Of a stretch of 64,000 nucleotides of DNA, positions 37,138 to 51,364 are shown in pieces; position 1 is the first letter of the stretch; each line of letters starts with the position of its first letter. Origin of the DNA: Chiloscyllium plagiosum (taxonomy: Eukaryota); NCBI RefSeq assembly GCF_004010195.1, contig NC_057734.1:28435176-28499175 (forward strand), written 5' to 3'. A program made the position numbers and the translations under genes. The notes below the pieces were generated by a model. That model did not search any database. It saw nothing but the letters and a program-made list of their open reading frames with translations, and was not told the origin of the DNA.

Positions 37138-37264
37138 CCACTGAATGGCATTGTGACTTGTGCGTATTATTGTTCATCTTCACAAGCCACTTTTCGTTCT
37201 GCAAGGTTCATTATTAGTGATGTGCCTCTAAATTGGGGATACTAACACACAACTATATATATGA

Positions 37265-37430
37265 AAGAGGTGCTGAAGTAGACCATATGGCTCCTTGAAT
37301 GTACTCTGCCACTCAACAGCACCATGGTTGAAGTGTTTATGTTTCAATTTCCACATTCCCATCTACTCCTGATATTCCTTGATTCCCCAGCCTATTGAGG
37401 ACTCACTCACCTCTGCCTTAAAACATATTT
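37265..37430 (-). mobile_element. CR1 3' UTR fragment
   Basis: Similar to 26380-26580. Confidence 0.5.
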
Positions 37431-38467
37431 GCTAACATCTTACGTGGAGCTGTTGTTTTAATGCTGCTCGAGGACAATACTGGCACAGAACTGTGGGTTC
37501 TTTTGGGATGAGGAGCTAGGTTCTGCCAAACCACTTTGCCCTAGGCCACAAAATTAGCCACAAAAACAGAATATCGTGACCTCTTCCTAACCCCCAGGGA
37601 CAGTGACTGATTACAGATGACACACTCACCACTTCAGCAATTTATTGCTAACTCCTGGATTAAAATGTTGCTTTTATCCAGCAGCTCCTTCACTCACGGT
37701 GGAACACAGGCCTTGCTGCAGGCTGGAATCCAGTCATGTCAGAGAGATAACAGTCTGCTCAAATACCATCATGCCAACATCACCCAGCTGGCCTTACTTT
37801 CTCTGACATTTAAAAACTGATAATCTCAGGAACAGCCTTGATTAAATCATTCCATCACATTTGAGGAGGTTGAGGGGTGGTGTTGTGTTGGGAGGGGGGT
37901 GTTTGGGGAATAACTGAACTGCCACTTGCAAACTATTTCCAAACTGGCAATTACATTAATCCCAAATAAAGATTGTGACCAATAATCTAGCAGTTGGCAA
38001 CAGAAATATACAGACTGAAATTGAAGTTAATAAAAATTCCTTTTGGCATTGTTGCACTCAAACATTGAGGGGATTTGGCTTCACTATATTTTTGGCATAA
38101 ATGACCTTCCTTCAGGATGTAAGCCTTCCTCATGCTTCATGATGCAAATCCCAGAATTATTGCAGAGGTGTGGATTAGTGGTCGCCTCTCTGCTTTTGGC
38201 TCTTTACTTCGCTAAGCGTTTAACACAATATTGTTTCGGCACAGACATTTAGGCGTAATCCCAGGCTGAACCTGATTGTTGTTTTAGCTGGCTCATGTCA
38301 CTGACAAGTTTACCACCTCTCAGTACAGCAACTCCATCACAGCACCTGGCCTGATGTTGCAATGGTAAATAACATATTGGATAAAATGGGTCAGCTGTTC
38401 AGAGAATGTCCACTGTTCCTCTGTTCAAAATAGCTTTGTACTCAGGGTATTCCTGAATAAGTCACAG

Positions 38468-38666
38468 GGCAAATGTGAGGACTGCAGATGCTGGAAATCA
38501 GAGTCTGGATTAGAGTGGTGCTGGAAAAGCACAGCAGGTCAGGCAGCCTCTGAGGAGTAGGAAAATCGACGTTTCAGGCAAAAGCCCTTCATCAGGTCGA
38601 TTTTCCTACTCCTCGGATGCTACCTGACCTGCTGTGCTTTTCCAGCACCACTCTAATCTAGACTCT
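38468..38666 (-). mobile_element. Fold-back Penelope-derived element, family A
   Basis: About 70-bp inverted arms; imperfect TSD ctgaataagtcacag (38453-38467) / ctgagtaaatcacag (38665-38679). Confidence 0.85.
38568..38595 (-). ncRNA. Minimal hammerhead ribozyme motif (family A)
   Basis: CTGATGA A GGGC tttt GCCT GAAA CGTC. Confidence 0.7.
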
Positions 38667-39942
38667 GAGTAAATCACAGCCTGAGTACATCCACCAAGCG
38701 CTAATCAGCTGAGTACAGACTGCTGTTTTTCTATGGTGCTGGGTCTCTTGCAGTCTTGCTGTATCCCTGGTTTACACACATACATTTCCACCTGTCAAGT
38801 ACACACTGTATGCTGGTTGCATTTAACACTTCAGCACAAATATTATGGATCACTAGCTCAAGCTACATGAACATTACTACTAATTGGTTCAGCTTCAAGG
38901 AGTGTCCTATTACAGTGAAAAGGGAGAATTTCTAATCTAATCAAATAATGTCTATCCAGATGTCACTGTTTGTGTCTGCACAGTTATGTACCTGCAGGAA
39001 ACACTTCTGCCTAAGTGGGTCAGGATTCATTGGAATATTCCCACTGGAGGGATTTTTTACATTTCCGGGATGGGAGCAGCAAGGGGAAGAGAGAAACATT
39101 CAAGTCCTGCTTTTCAACATCTGAGCGCTAGTGTCAAAATTGGAGAGCTGTCTGATAGACCACTCAAGCCTGACATTGTCAAACTCACGGCATCATACCG
39201 CACAGACAATGTCCCAGACACTACCATCACTACATCCAACAGCAGAGGTGGAAGCACAGTGGTGTACAGTTGGGAAGGAGTTGTCCCAGGAGTCCTTAAC
39301 ATTGGCTCTGGACCCCAAGAAGTCTCATGGCATCAGGTTAAACATGGGAAAGAAAACCTCCTATTGATAACCACATCCCACCCTTCCTCAGCTGATGAAC
39401 CAGTACTTCTCCATATTGAACAACACTTGGTGGAAGCACTTAAGGTGGCGAGGGAGAACACTGTCTTTTTAAGGGCGGGGTGTTGGGGGGGTCAATATCC
39501 ATCCCTAAGAGTGGCTTGGAACACTAACATTGACAGAGCTGGTCAAATTCTACAGGTTATAGCTGTTAGACACGGTTTGTAGCAGATGGTAAGGGAACCA
39601 AAGGGTAAAGCCATTATCACCAACCTATCCAAGGCTCCCGGCACACCTTTCCAGGATAGTAACAGAACAAATCATTACTGCAGAGCCCTTGTGGAGACGC
39701 AGTTCTATCATCACATTGAGAATACCCTCAATTTTTTTGATACTACCATATTGCTAAATGGAATGGATTTCAAACAGATTCAAGGCTGGGCATCAATGAG
39801 GCACTGTGGGCCATACCGCACAGAATCATACTCAAACACAACCTGCGACCTCATGGCCTGGCATTTGCCCAACTCTACCTCGACCAACCCTGGATCAATG
39901 GGAAGTGCAGGAGGGCATGCTAGGTTCAGCACCAGGCATACC

Positions 39943-40262
39943 TGGTGCGAAAATGATCTAGTGGTATTATCACCAGACTATTAACCCAGAAACCCAGGTA
40001 ATGTTCTGGGACTGGGGTTTGAATCCTGTTACAGCAGATGGTCCAATATGAATTCAATAAAAGTGATGACTATGAAACACTTGTTGATAGTAAGGAAAAA
40101 TTCATCTGATTCACTAATGTCCTTCAGGGAAGGTAGCTGCCATCCTTACCTGGCCTGGTTGACATGTGACTCCAGACCCACAACAATGTGGTTGAACATA
40201 ACTACCCGCTGGGCAATTTAGGAAGGGCAACAAATGCTAGTCCCATCCTGTGAATGAATTTT
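39943..40262 (+). mobile_element. tRNA-headed SINE with family-2 LINE tail, nested in a family-2 LINE
   Basis: ctagtggtatt A-box-like, ggggtttgaatcc B box, tail gggcaatttaggaagggcaacaaatgct...gaatgaat; host LINE continues at ggtgccaaactggtgaag. Confidence 0.7.
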
Positions 40263-41339
40263 AAAAAGGTGCCAAACTGGTGAAGGTACCAAACAGGCCT
40301 ACTTGCAGACCAAACAGCATCAGCAACAAGTGATAGACAAAGCTAAATGATCTCATAACCAGTAGATTAGATCTAAGCTCTGCAGTCCTATCACATCCGG
40401 TCATGAATGGTGGTGGACAATTCAACAATTAGAGAAGGAGGCTTCACAGATATCACCATCCTCAATTATGGAAGAGCCAACCATATCAGTTGCAAAAGAT
40501 AAAGCTGAAGCATTCGCAGCAATCTTCAGCCAGTTGTGCCGTGTGGATGATCCATCTTGACCTCCTCCAGTGACCCCCAGTATCAGACACCAGTGATCAG
40601 CCAATTTGATTCACTCCATGTGATAGCAAGAAACAATTGTAAGTACCGGATACTGCAAAGGCTATGGATCCTGACAACATTCTGGCAACAGTATTGAAGA
40701 CTTGTGCTCCAGAACTTGCTGCTCCCCTAGCCAGGTTGCTCCAATACAGTTACAATACTGGGATCCACCCGACGAAGATGGAAAATTGTCCAGGTACGTC
40801 CTATGCACAAAATGCAAGACAAATCCAACCCGGCCAATTACTTCCCCATCAATTTACTCTCGGTTGTCAGTAAAATGACAGAACGTGTCATCAACGGTGC
40901 TATCAAGCAGCACCCGCTCAGCAATAACCTGTTCAGTGATGCCCAGTTTGGGTTCCACCAGGGCCACTCAGCTCCTGACCTCATTGCAGCTTTGGTTCAA
41001 ACATGGACAAAAGTGCTGGATTCCAGAGGTGAGGTGAGAGTGACAGCCCTTGATATCACATTCGACCAAGTGGGGTATCAAGGAGCCCTCACAAAACTGG
41101 AATCAATGGGTATCACGGGGCAAACTCTCTGCTGGTTGGAACCATACCTGGCACAAAAGAAGATGGTCATGGTTGTTGGAGTTCAGTTACTTCAGCTCCA
41201 GGACATCTCTGCGGGAGTTTCTCAAGGTAGTGTCCTAGGCCCAAACATCTTCAGCTGCTTCATCAATAATCTTCCCTCCATCACAAGGCTAGAAGTGGGG
41301 ATGTTTGCCGATGATTGCACAATGTTCAGCACCATTCAC

Positions 41340-41785
41340 GAAAAATTAGAATTACTGAACTCGATGGAAAACTTAATAGAATGCTATTTATTAAATAACT
41401 AAATGGCAACTGTTCCAATATAGCAAGTTCCCATAAACACACCCTTGGCAAAGCCAAATTCAGTTAAATAGACTGTCTCATGTGCAATGTTTCTCCATTC
41501 CAGGAGGAAAGAACATCAAGTGAAAATTCTGGCATAGAGAGGGAGAAATCAAGCTTTTAGCTGTAGCTAAGAGAGATGTATGGTAGCTTCAAAACCCCAA
41601 CAACTGAAAGTTAAATAAACCCTGGTCTCCACCCATTCCTGCTGATTCTATTGTTCCAACTTTTTTTAAAAATCCCAAGCTGCTTACTTTACTGGGTTGG
41701 AGCAGATTGCTCAGTACATCTTTCTCATTGCATCATTGTAAAAATGGCCAGAATAAAATATAGCCTTTAAAGTGATAATATTATT
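41340..41785. mobile_element. Unclassified insertion (possibly LTR-like) interrupting the LINE
   Basis: LINE homology stops after accattcacg and resumes near 41790. Confidence 0.4.
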
Positions 41786-42224
41786 GCAGCAGTCAAGAAG
41801 CTTTACATGATCCAGAACAAAGCATCCCACTTGATTGATGCCACATCCACTCCCTCCAACACCAATGTTCCATACCACCGGAGTGTATTATCTACACGAT
41901 GCACTGCAGAAATTCACCAAAGATCCATATACAGCATTTTCCAAACCACAATCACTTCCATCTAAAAGAACAGGGTTAGTAGATGGATGGGAGTACTACC
42001 TGACACACGTTCCCTTCCAAGCCACCCATCATCACCGTTCCTTCATGGTCACTGCGTCAAAATCCTGGAAATCCCTTCCAAAGAGCATTGTGGGTCAAGC
42101 AACAGCATGCAGATTGCAGTGGTTCAGGAAGGCAGCTCACCACCACTTTCTCAAGGGCAACATGCGATGGGCAATAAATATTGGCCAGCTAATGATGCCC
42201 ACATCCTAGGAGTGAATAAAATAA

Positions 42225-43580
42225 ATGTAGTAAAGTGCCCAGGTATGTCTTGTGTATAAAAACATAGGGCAGATCCAACCATATCGATTATAGCACCATC
42301 AATTTGCTCTCCATCATCAGTAACGTGATGGAAAGGGTAATCAACAGCACTTGCTTATCAATAACCTGCTCAATGATATTCAATTTTGGTTTCACCAGGG
42401 CCACTCAGCTCCTGACCTTATTACAGCCTTGGTTCAGGCATGGACAAAAGAACTGAACTCCAGAGCTGAAGTGAGTGTGACAGCCCTTGATATCAAGGCC
42501 ACAGTTGCCTCTGCATGACATCATGGAACCCTAGCAAAATCACGTTCAAAAGAAATGAAGGGAAATCTTTCAACTGGTTGGCGTCGTACCAGGCACAAAG
42601 GAAATTGGTTGTGGTTGTCGGAGTTCAGTCATCTCTGTTCCAGGACATCTCACAAGGCGTTCGTCGGAGTATCAAAGCCCAACCATCTTCAGCTGCTTCA
42701 TCAATGATCTTATCTCTATTATAAAGTCAGACGGGGGATATTTGCTGATGATTGCACAACATTCAACATTATTCATGACTTTTTAGGTATTGAAGTAGTC
42801 CATGCCCAAATGCAGAAAAAAACTTGGGAATATCCAGACTTGAGCCAAAATGTGGCAAGTAACATTCACAATATACATATGCCAGACAATGATCATCTCC
42901 AAAAAGAGAGAATCTAACCATCATTCAATGGCATTGCCACCATTGAATGCCCCACTATCAATATCGTAGGGGTTACCATTGACCAGAAATGCAACTGGAT
43001 AATTCACATAAGTAGAGTCTACAGGAGTAAGACGTATATTAGGACTACTGCACTTAGCAAATCATTTCCTGATTCCTCAAAACCTGACCACCATCTGCAA
43101 GGTGATGTAATATTGTCCACTGCCTGAATGGATGCAGCTCTAACAACATTGAAGAAGCTTGACACTATCCAGGACAAAGTGGTCCTTTTGATTGGCACCA
43201 CATCATCCAAAACCATCCACTCCTTCCACTACCCATGCTCAGTAGTTGCACTGTAGAAATTCACCAAAGATCATTAGACAGCACCTTCCAAACCCATGAT
43301 CACTTCCATCTAGATGAACAAGAGCAGAAGATGCATGGGAATGCCGCCTCCAAGTTAACCTCCAAGCCATTCACCATCCTGACTTGGAAATATATTGCTA
43401 TTCCATCAACATTACTAGGTCAAAATCTGAATGTCCCTCCTAGCAGAATTATGTGTCTGCCTATAGATCATGGATTACAGTGGTTCAAGATGATAGATTG
43501 CCGCCACCTTTAACAGGGCGACTATGAAAGGGCAATAAATGCTCGTCCAGCCAATGATGCCCACATCTCATAAATTAATT
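42225..43580 (+). mobile_element. LINE family 2, second adjacent 5'-truncated copy
   Basis: Repeats the QFGFHQGHSAPDL..WTKELNSR segment, IFADD and the 3' tail. Confidence 0.85.
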
Positions 43581-46500
43581 TTACAAAAGACCCTTCTCCT
43601 TCTCTTCTTACTTTAGGAAGTTCTACTAGGGGGCCAGATTGCAATGTTATGAAGGAAAGAAAGGGCTTATTTTCCATGTTGTCAGCTGCAGTCTTGATAA
43701 CCATGGAAATCCAGTTGGAGTCTACAGTGTTTATATTGAAGCATGCTGTGGATAGGCTGAAAACCTGACTGTACACTATCACTGCGAAATGGCATAGCAT
43801 GATTACAAAATCATTCATGTGTTCTTATGGATCAGCCTAGTCCTTACACGCGTTAATGTCTTCTTTAATTCCAGTGGTCGCTTCAGTCAGATTGGTTGTT
43901 CAGGACCAACATCTGTCGATACTGCTTAGATTCACAATCTGAGCCAGCCAAGATCACACTCAGCTTGCGTGACAACAACTGTTGGTCCAATGACAGATTT
44001 ATAATCCCCTAATTTTACTATCAGGTCCTTTATATTTGAGTATCGCCAATGGTAGGATATCCAAATATTCAGTCTTGCTTGCACTGCCCTAATGTAACAG
44101 GGTCTATTAAATCACATCCCAGTTAGTCTCAAGTAAATGTTGCCCAGTTCTGCACAAAACTGCTGCTGTTCAAAATCTATTTACATGCTAGTCGGGCTTT
44201 CAGCTAGTTAACTATAAAACAGAATTCCCTCAAAGACATCCTCCATGTCTGAAAACACAATTTGAATTCTGTTGCACTTCAAAAGAGTTTTTCAAAACCT
44301 CTTTGTTCAGGGCTATGAAGGAAGAGTGAAGAGCAGGACATTAATTACAGCAACAATAGAAGGACATGCAAGAATAAATTTTGGCTTTTGCTGCATAGAC
44401 AGTCCAGAGCAATTGTTCCCCCCACCCTCTCCCCCCCGCAGCCCGTTTACAAATCAATAAACTATTCGTAAAATAAATCTCCAGCCTGAGATTTCATCAA
44501 TATATGAATTTGCTACAATTTATCAGCCTAAAGTCTTGATTACTCTGTTAAAAAAACTTCTCTACAAAGTATGTTCCGATGTATATAACATGAAAGTTGA
44601 TGATCTTCAACTATTGTGCTGTGATACTTAGGTTAATTCTCGTGGCGTAGATATGAAATGCAGATAATATTGTCACAAAGGATTAAATGAAACTTTATTA
44701 CAGTTCCTAGTGTTTACATATGTCCACTACAATCATGAGCACTTGCAGATTTGGGCTCAAACTAAACAATTTGAACTGTAGCACACTTTCTTCCAAGTGT
44801 TATGCTGCAAGAGGACCCAGTCGGATGGAGGCTGAAATCTTCTTGTCACTATGTTGAATGCAGTGATACAATAACGGTATCATGAGCATGTCTTTAAAGG
44901 GACACTGCACATCTGCTGCAAGACATACAACAACACACTGTACAAGAGAAGATGTCACAACTTCAGATAATGCATCATGCCTTGAAAATCTTCCCCGCTA
45001 AAAGAAACTAAAATTCTACTTCCAGTACTAAGGAAGGATCTGAAACAATAGCCTTGACATTGACAGGAGCGTGTTTTGAGCAGTGTGGAGGAATCCCTAA
45101 TGGGCCAACAAGCTGCTGAGCATTACCTTGACAGTGTGTCTTTTTCAACAGGATCCCCAGTTGGATGGCAGCTTAGTTTTGAGAGGCTTGGCTACCAGGC
45201 AGGCAGTACAGAGACAGTAGCTGTTAGTGACTGTGTGTGTGGGATTAATTTCCAGAGCACAAGGTAAAGCTTTCAGTTTAAGGGTGCGAGTAGGGACAGC
45301 AGGTGGGGGCATATCTAAAAGCAGTTCTATAAAGACGATAGTCTTTACCTGGAAGCCATCCTTGCTTCCCTTGAGTTGCCTGAGGCCCATGGTCAGCCAG
45401 TTTAAAGTCTGTGAAACAGGTTAACTGTGACAATGTCCTCCTTGTTCAAATATTTAAATAGCAAAACCCCTCATAGTGGATTGGTTTATCACCTCATTCT
45501 CTCTGCTGTTAAACACAAGAATGGATAAGTTGGGATTGAATTTGAGTTTTTAAAGCATTTTAATATCACATCCAAAACCAACCTGCATGTTTTTAGAGCT
45601 TAGCATTACCCCAATTAATCCTACTCCTCCATTTAATGATGCTGTCTGACATGTTGAGTATTTCCAACATGATCTGTTCAGACGTGCAGTGGCTGTAGGA
45701 TTTGGCTTTTTCAAATTTCTAATCACCTCGATTATTATGTTCACGCATCATGCTATTTGTGTTTTAAATGATGTATCTACATAATTTTTTTCAAAACTTG
45801 ACTTTAATATGCAATCAGTTTAGCCAAGGAGGGAACCCTAATATTCGGAAAGGTCAACAAACTGAAGCTTTAGCTCTGCCTTGATCTCCACAAATGTTGC
45901 CAGACTTGCTGCATTTTCTGTGTCTCTAAAGGATGTTGTTGGACACAAAGGTTGATGATTTTCTTTTTGCCATTGATAAGATCTTTCCAAACTGACTCCT
46001 TCGGATTACTTTTGTTTCCTTTGCTGTGAGAAGCTTACATTCTTTTGTTAAAAGTACATTTCCAGCCTCATGTGAACAGGTTCAATGACTAATACAAAAT
46101 TGTAAAATTAAAACCTTTGGTGGATCAAGCCAGGATCTGACCTGTGTAGTATTTCCGTCACTTCCGCTCAGGACACAGTCAATACCAGTAATAGAAGACC
46201 ATCTGTGACAAATCTGCTTCTGACATATACATTAAAAAATCTTCTTTTAGAGACATGTCAGATCTCTGCTCAGTATCACCTCCAATAGAGAAACTGAAAG
46301 GTAAGTCACACAAGTGAGAGATCATGGGGCATTCCTCAAATCCTTGATATGCAATGCCACAAGAAATTTTAAAACTAAACTTCTATACTGTCCATGATTG
46401 GATAATTTTTCTCTCAATGCAGAATTTGATATTTAACTGTTTTAGCTTTGACAGTATTTATCAGGGTTCGAAATTTTAAAAATATATTCCAATTTCCATG

Positions 46501-48483
46501 GATGATGCTGTCCTTCTAAAAGGCAAGAAAGCTTAACTTGCCAGAAGAACTAATGGATCAGGCACTAACTGAGCCAGAAAAGGCTTAACTTCCCCCAAAT
46601 ACTCATGGACCAGGCACTACCTAAAGAGATGAGATGTTCATGTTGATAGATTGCTCTTCAACGCATAGCACTCACCCTCGTCAATCAAATCTCTTACCCA
46701 CATAACAAATGTAAAGCTGAGACTACTTCTGTGTTGCAAGGACAGGAGTAATCAATCAAACCCAGAGCAAAATGCAATTGCATATTCCTGCATCTCTGAG
46801 ACTAAGCTAGCTTTTCCTTAGAGGGGCTAGACTTCTCTTTTGTCTCACCGAAATACGAAATGCCATGTGGGTATGGGGTTTGTGAAGCTGTACAACTTGA
46901 TGACCATTTCTCTCCTAATTGTAACTATTTTTGGTTAAGCCAAGCAAGTCCTTGAGGGACATTTAAAATGCTGAAATTAGCTAAGAAAAACATATTTCCA
47001 TTCTTTAAGATGAAAAAGAAATATTATTACCTGCTGCCCTATGGAAAAGGAAAAGTGAGATGTTTAATCTGTAAAAGGGACAATTAAAATACACACCGTG
47101 TTGGATTGTGTGTAATGGCATCAGTTGGTCACACTGCTGACAGTTCCATTCAATCTGAAATGCAGGTACTTTTAAGTCGCATAGCCCTGTGATTCCATCA
47201 TTGCAATCCTTTGATAACTACCATTTCACTTCTAATTTGATTACCAGATATGTCATTCCCATCCTCCCAATACAAACAAAATCTAGATCTAACAGCATTA
47301 TCATATTCAAGAAACATTTCAGGATTGATGTCTGTGTGGACCTTACATTTCTTGTATGGTACCCTACTTTTTTTTTTGAGATTAGTGAAAGCCTAGTCTG
47401 TCAAAGCCCATTGTTTTCCTTCTTCAGCATAATTTAATTTATCAAAACTATCCTGAATCTAATGACAATAGTTGCAAATTGGAAGTGGCATCTTAATTAT
47501 ATTCTTGTGGGTATGTCATGGGGAAATTCTGTTTCTTTTACAGACCTAGAGCAAGTTTAATGTGTAGTGGCAGTGTTACCATGACTGTGTGGCGAGCTTT
47601 AAGTGCTTAACGAACATATAATCAATATTTGACAGACGACTGAAACAAGTGGATTTCACTGATGAGGTGTTACTGTCACGCAATGTGAATAAAACGTGGC
47701 TCCTGCTGACTTCTAATAACCAGAAACCTTTCATGCTTTCTTATTGATCTAAGCAATTCTTACAAATATTTCCCCAATGATATGGAAATTGTTGATTGAT
47801 GTGTAATTTTCATATTGAGTACGATGTCACACTAGCAAGGAATATTATTCAAATTTGAACACTTGAATTCCATTATTTTTAAATATTTAAATATAGTCAG
47901 ATTCTGCAAGAATTGGACAGAACAAGACTAAAGATTGCATGTAACAATTGCGCAATTTCATTTCAAATTGAGACTTTAAAAATAACAAAGTTCCTGAGCC
48001 ACTAATACACCCATTTGACTAACTCAATCTGTTTGGAGTGCAAGGGAGGAAATATGGCAATAGAGAAATAATCAAAGGTTATGGATGCTCAGATGATCAT
48101 AGATTGCAAAACTGAAATCAAGAGTTTTTTTTGTTAGCTCAGTTTATTAAGAGATATTGAGTAAAGTTGAGGTGTGTGACTTGCTATGATCTAACTGAAT
48201 GACAAAACAAGACAGAGCCTTGAACTATCTATAGATATTTCTAATGATACTAGTCACAAAGTCATGAACCAAGTCCCAAGGCACAATAATATGCTTAACT
48301 TCTGTGTGGCCTGTCATGCTCAAAGAGAAAAAAGGAGCAAATTAAACAAGACTTTAACCTCAAATGTCTCTTTAAAATAGGCCTCAATCTTGAATTGAGG
48401 AAGAATATTCAATGACTATATTCTTGATATAATGGAATTTAACAGGCATATTTATGGAAATATTAGGTCTATGACTCTATATA

Positions 48484-48770
48484 GAGAATGCAGAGAATGC
48501 TGGAGAAACTCAGCAGGTTTGGCCATATCTGTGGAGAAGGAACAGTTAATGTCTGCCACGGCCATCTTCAGAACGTCTTCAGATATGCTTCCGAGATGTG
48601 ACAAATACAGTTCGTGTGGAGCATAAATAACAAATAATTAAAGCAAGAAGTTTTGGAAGTACTCAACAGGTCAAGCACTGTTTGTGGAGAGAAGCAGAGT
48701 GCTGTCTGATCTACTGAGTATTTCTCGCATTTCTGTTTCATTACTGCTGGATGTCCAGTCTTTGCAATAG
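48484..48770. mobile_element. Old Penelope-derived terminal fragments
   Basis: aatgctggagaaactcagcaggtttggccatatctgtggagaagg and a related collapsed fold-back. Confidence 0.55.
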
Positions 48771-49179
48771 TTTTTTATTGTGTAGAACATGAAGAGTTAG
48801 TGGACCCTATTCCCTTGCTGCAAAACTTGGTACAATTCCACGTGAAATTAATGAAGGCTTTGTCATGAGGCTGTTTTCTTACAGTCAGACAAATGACCAC
48901 AGGTTTCGGAATACATAATTGGGAAAATAAATTTACCCGGTTTTCCTGTGGTTTGTGCACGGATCTGCACAAAGCTACATCATGCTCGATGAAAATGACT
49001 GCATCTTTTGATCGAATAAAAACTTTTGATGAAGGGAATGGTGGTTTCTTTTTAGAAAAAATTGGACCAATTATTGCAAAAAATGCTGATTAACAAAATT
49101 GAGGCTTACAGAATAGGAAGACCAGTGTGCAATCAGTGAGTCATACTAAGTAGTTATTTTTCCAACTGAAAAATGTTAG

Positions 49180-50230
49180 ACAATTGCTTTAATTCAATGG
49201 TCAGTACTAGGACCATTGTCTTTTTATTTAGCACATGTAAATTACTTGGATCTTGGAACATGAAATTTCAAAGTTTGCTGATAATCTGGAGGATTGGCAG
49301 TGCTGATGATATGAATCACCTGGAACAGATCACAAATAGGTTAAGCAGGATGAACATACAGAGATGTGTGAAATGACATACTTTGCCAAAAGGTGCAGGG
49401 TCAGATAAATTAGGTTTAATGATGCAATCCTATAGAATATACAAGAATAGAGAGGCCTGGAGTGTATGTCCATCACTCATTGATGTTGGCAGGACATCTG
49501 TGAGAGTAAAGCATATGGGATGTTAGACTTCATCAGTAGAAGCATTGCGCAAGGAAGTTATACCTAGTCCTTATACATCTACAGTTATGCCTCAACTAAA
49601 TTCCTGACATCTAGTTTTAGCCACCATAGATTACGCTCCTTGGAGTAATCGAGTTTGAGGGAGGGTTGCTGATGATGTATAAGATTATGAGAGACTTTGA
49701 TAAGGAAAACATGGGAAAACTCTTTCCATAGGTGACTGTATAGGGACTGGGGTGTCCATTTTTGTCATGAGATTTTAAATAATGTTTAATGATGCAATAC
49801 TTTAAGATAGAGATGTGGCTAGAACGTTTCATTTTTTTTTAAAGTAATTTTTATTATGTCATCATAACTATATTCACCCATGTTTCCACTGGTGAGAGAG
49901 ACTGTAACTAGGAGACATCGTTTAAGAATAAGACATCTCACTTTTAAGAGGGAAATGAGGAGAATTATTACCTCTGAAGGTCATAAGTCTGTGCAAACCT
50001 CTTCCCCAAAGAACAGTGAAGGCTGAGATAATGCCGAGTTAGATAAATTTTTGATAGACAAGGGAGTCAAAAATAAAGAGAAATAGACAGGAAAGTGAAG
50101 TTGAGACCACAACATCAAGTCAAAGGGTCAAACAGCCAACATATCCTCTTAAATCCCATGATCCTAAAGGTGAGATACAGCCATCCAAGCAAATTATATG
50201 TACTCTGCTTCTAACTTGCTCTGGGAAACG
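49180..50230 (+). mobile_element. Very old CR1 fragments
   Basis: SKFAD-like ttcaaagtttgctgat and a decayed CR1 3' end. Confidence 0.55.
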
Positions 50231-51364
50231 CATTTCAACTGTTTTTGTAATCCAGTCATGAGGTTGGTGGACATCTGTTTCAATCAGAGTATGCTCAGAG
50301 TTGAAGAATGATTCGTTTTTTTTTATTCTGATCACAGATATGCTTGTTATTCCGGGAAGTTAGGCATTTGGCCTCGCAGCAACAGCATTTTTAACAAGTA
50401 TTCATAGAGCATAATTACCCAAGTGTTTGCCAGTGGTGAACAGTTTGAACATTATCAAATAATAAACGAGAAAGAGAAAAATAGTTGTTCTATGAATTTT
50501 ACAAGATAATCAATTACAAATCAATCTGCAATGATTTAATTGATAGCAGTTTTAATTTCCAGGATTATTTGCCAAAGTGACAACCAAAATGAACTATCAT
50601 TTTCTTTTTAAGAAAATAAATTTCATGTCTTTCAAATTCTTAAATGATTCTTTTATTGACATCTAATTTGATTTATTGTTCTTCTATGATGATTGATTCA
50701 GTTAGCATGATTTCTTACTAATTGTAATATGTTACAGTAGACACAATAAAATTCTCTTTAATTAAGCAATCTTTTCATTGTTACATGATTTTAATTACAT
50801 ACTAAGCATTTATTTAGAAATGTAATTAGCTTGCACTATGTCATTATTCAACACAGGATGCATAAATATAACCTGAAACTCAAATTATTCCAGTGGAGAT
50901 TAAACATTTGTGAACTACATTAAATGTAAATTATTCTTCCTTAGAGTAGGAATGAATTTATTGTTTCTTTTTGTATATGACCTATTACTGAAACTGGTGC
51001 ATGTTATAGATCTATTTTGAAATCAGAGAATGTTATTGAACACAAACACACTTATGTCCATCCAGTATTGATCAGTATCTACCATCACATACACCAAGAC
51101 CAAACCACTCTCATGATTGTTATATCCCCATTATTATTACTTTTAACTTCCTATAATTACTGTTAAAATTAATTGACTATCTTTCAACTACAGTTTTGAA
51201 TGGATAAGTCCACATTGTCTTCAGAGTCTATGTAAAAGTTTTATTGTCCAACCAATATTTTCATTATTTTTGTGATAATGTAACATTTTTAACTTCTCAT
51301 GAAACAGTGGAGTCTATCATTCTTTAATATGATCTAACCCTTTCAGAAATTTCAATATCTCCTT

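Larger units (their letters stand above)
39100..42220 (+). mobile_element. LINE family 2 (CR1/L2 clade), endonuclease + RT, with nested insertions
   Basis: VKIGELSDRPLKPDIVKLTASY; DKSNPANYFPINLLSVVSK, QFGFHQGHSAPDL, GVSQGSVLGP, MFADD. Confidence 0.9.

Noticed and set aside
38986-41402. ORFs of 198 and 199 aa as host genes
   Set aside because: Fragments of a frameshifted LINE endonuclease/RT
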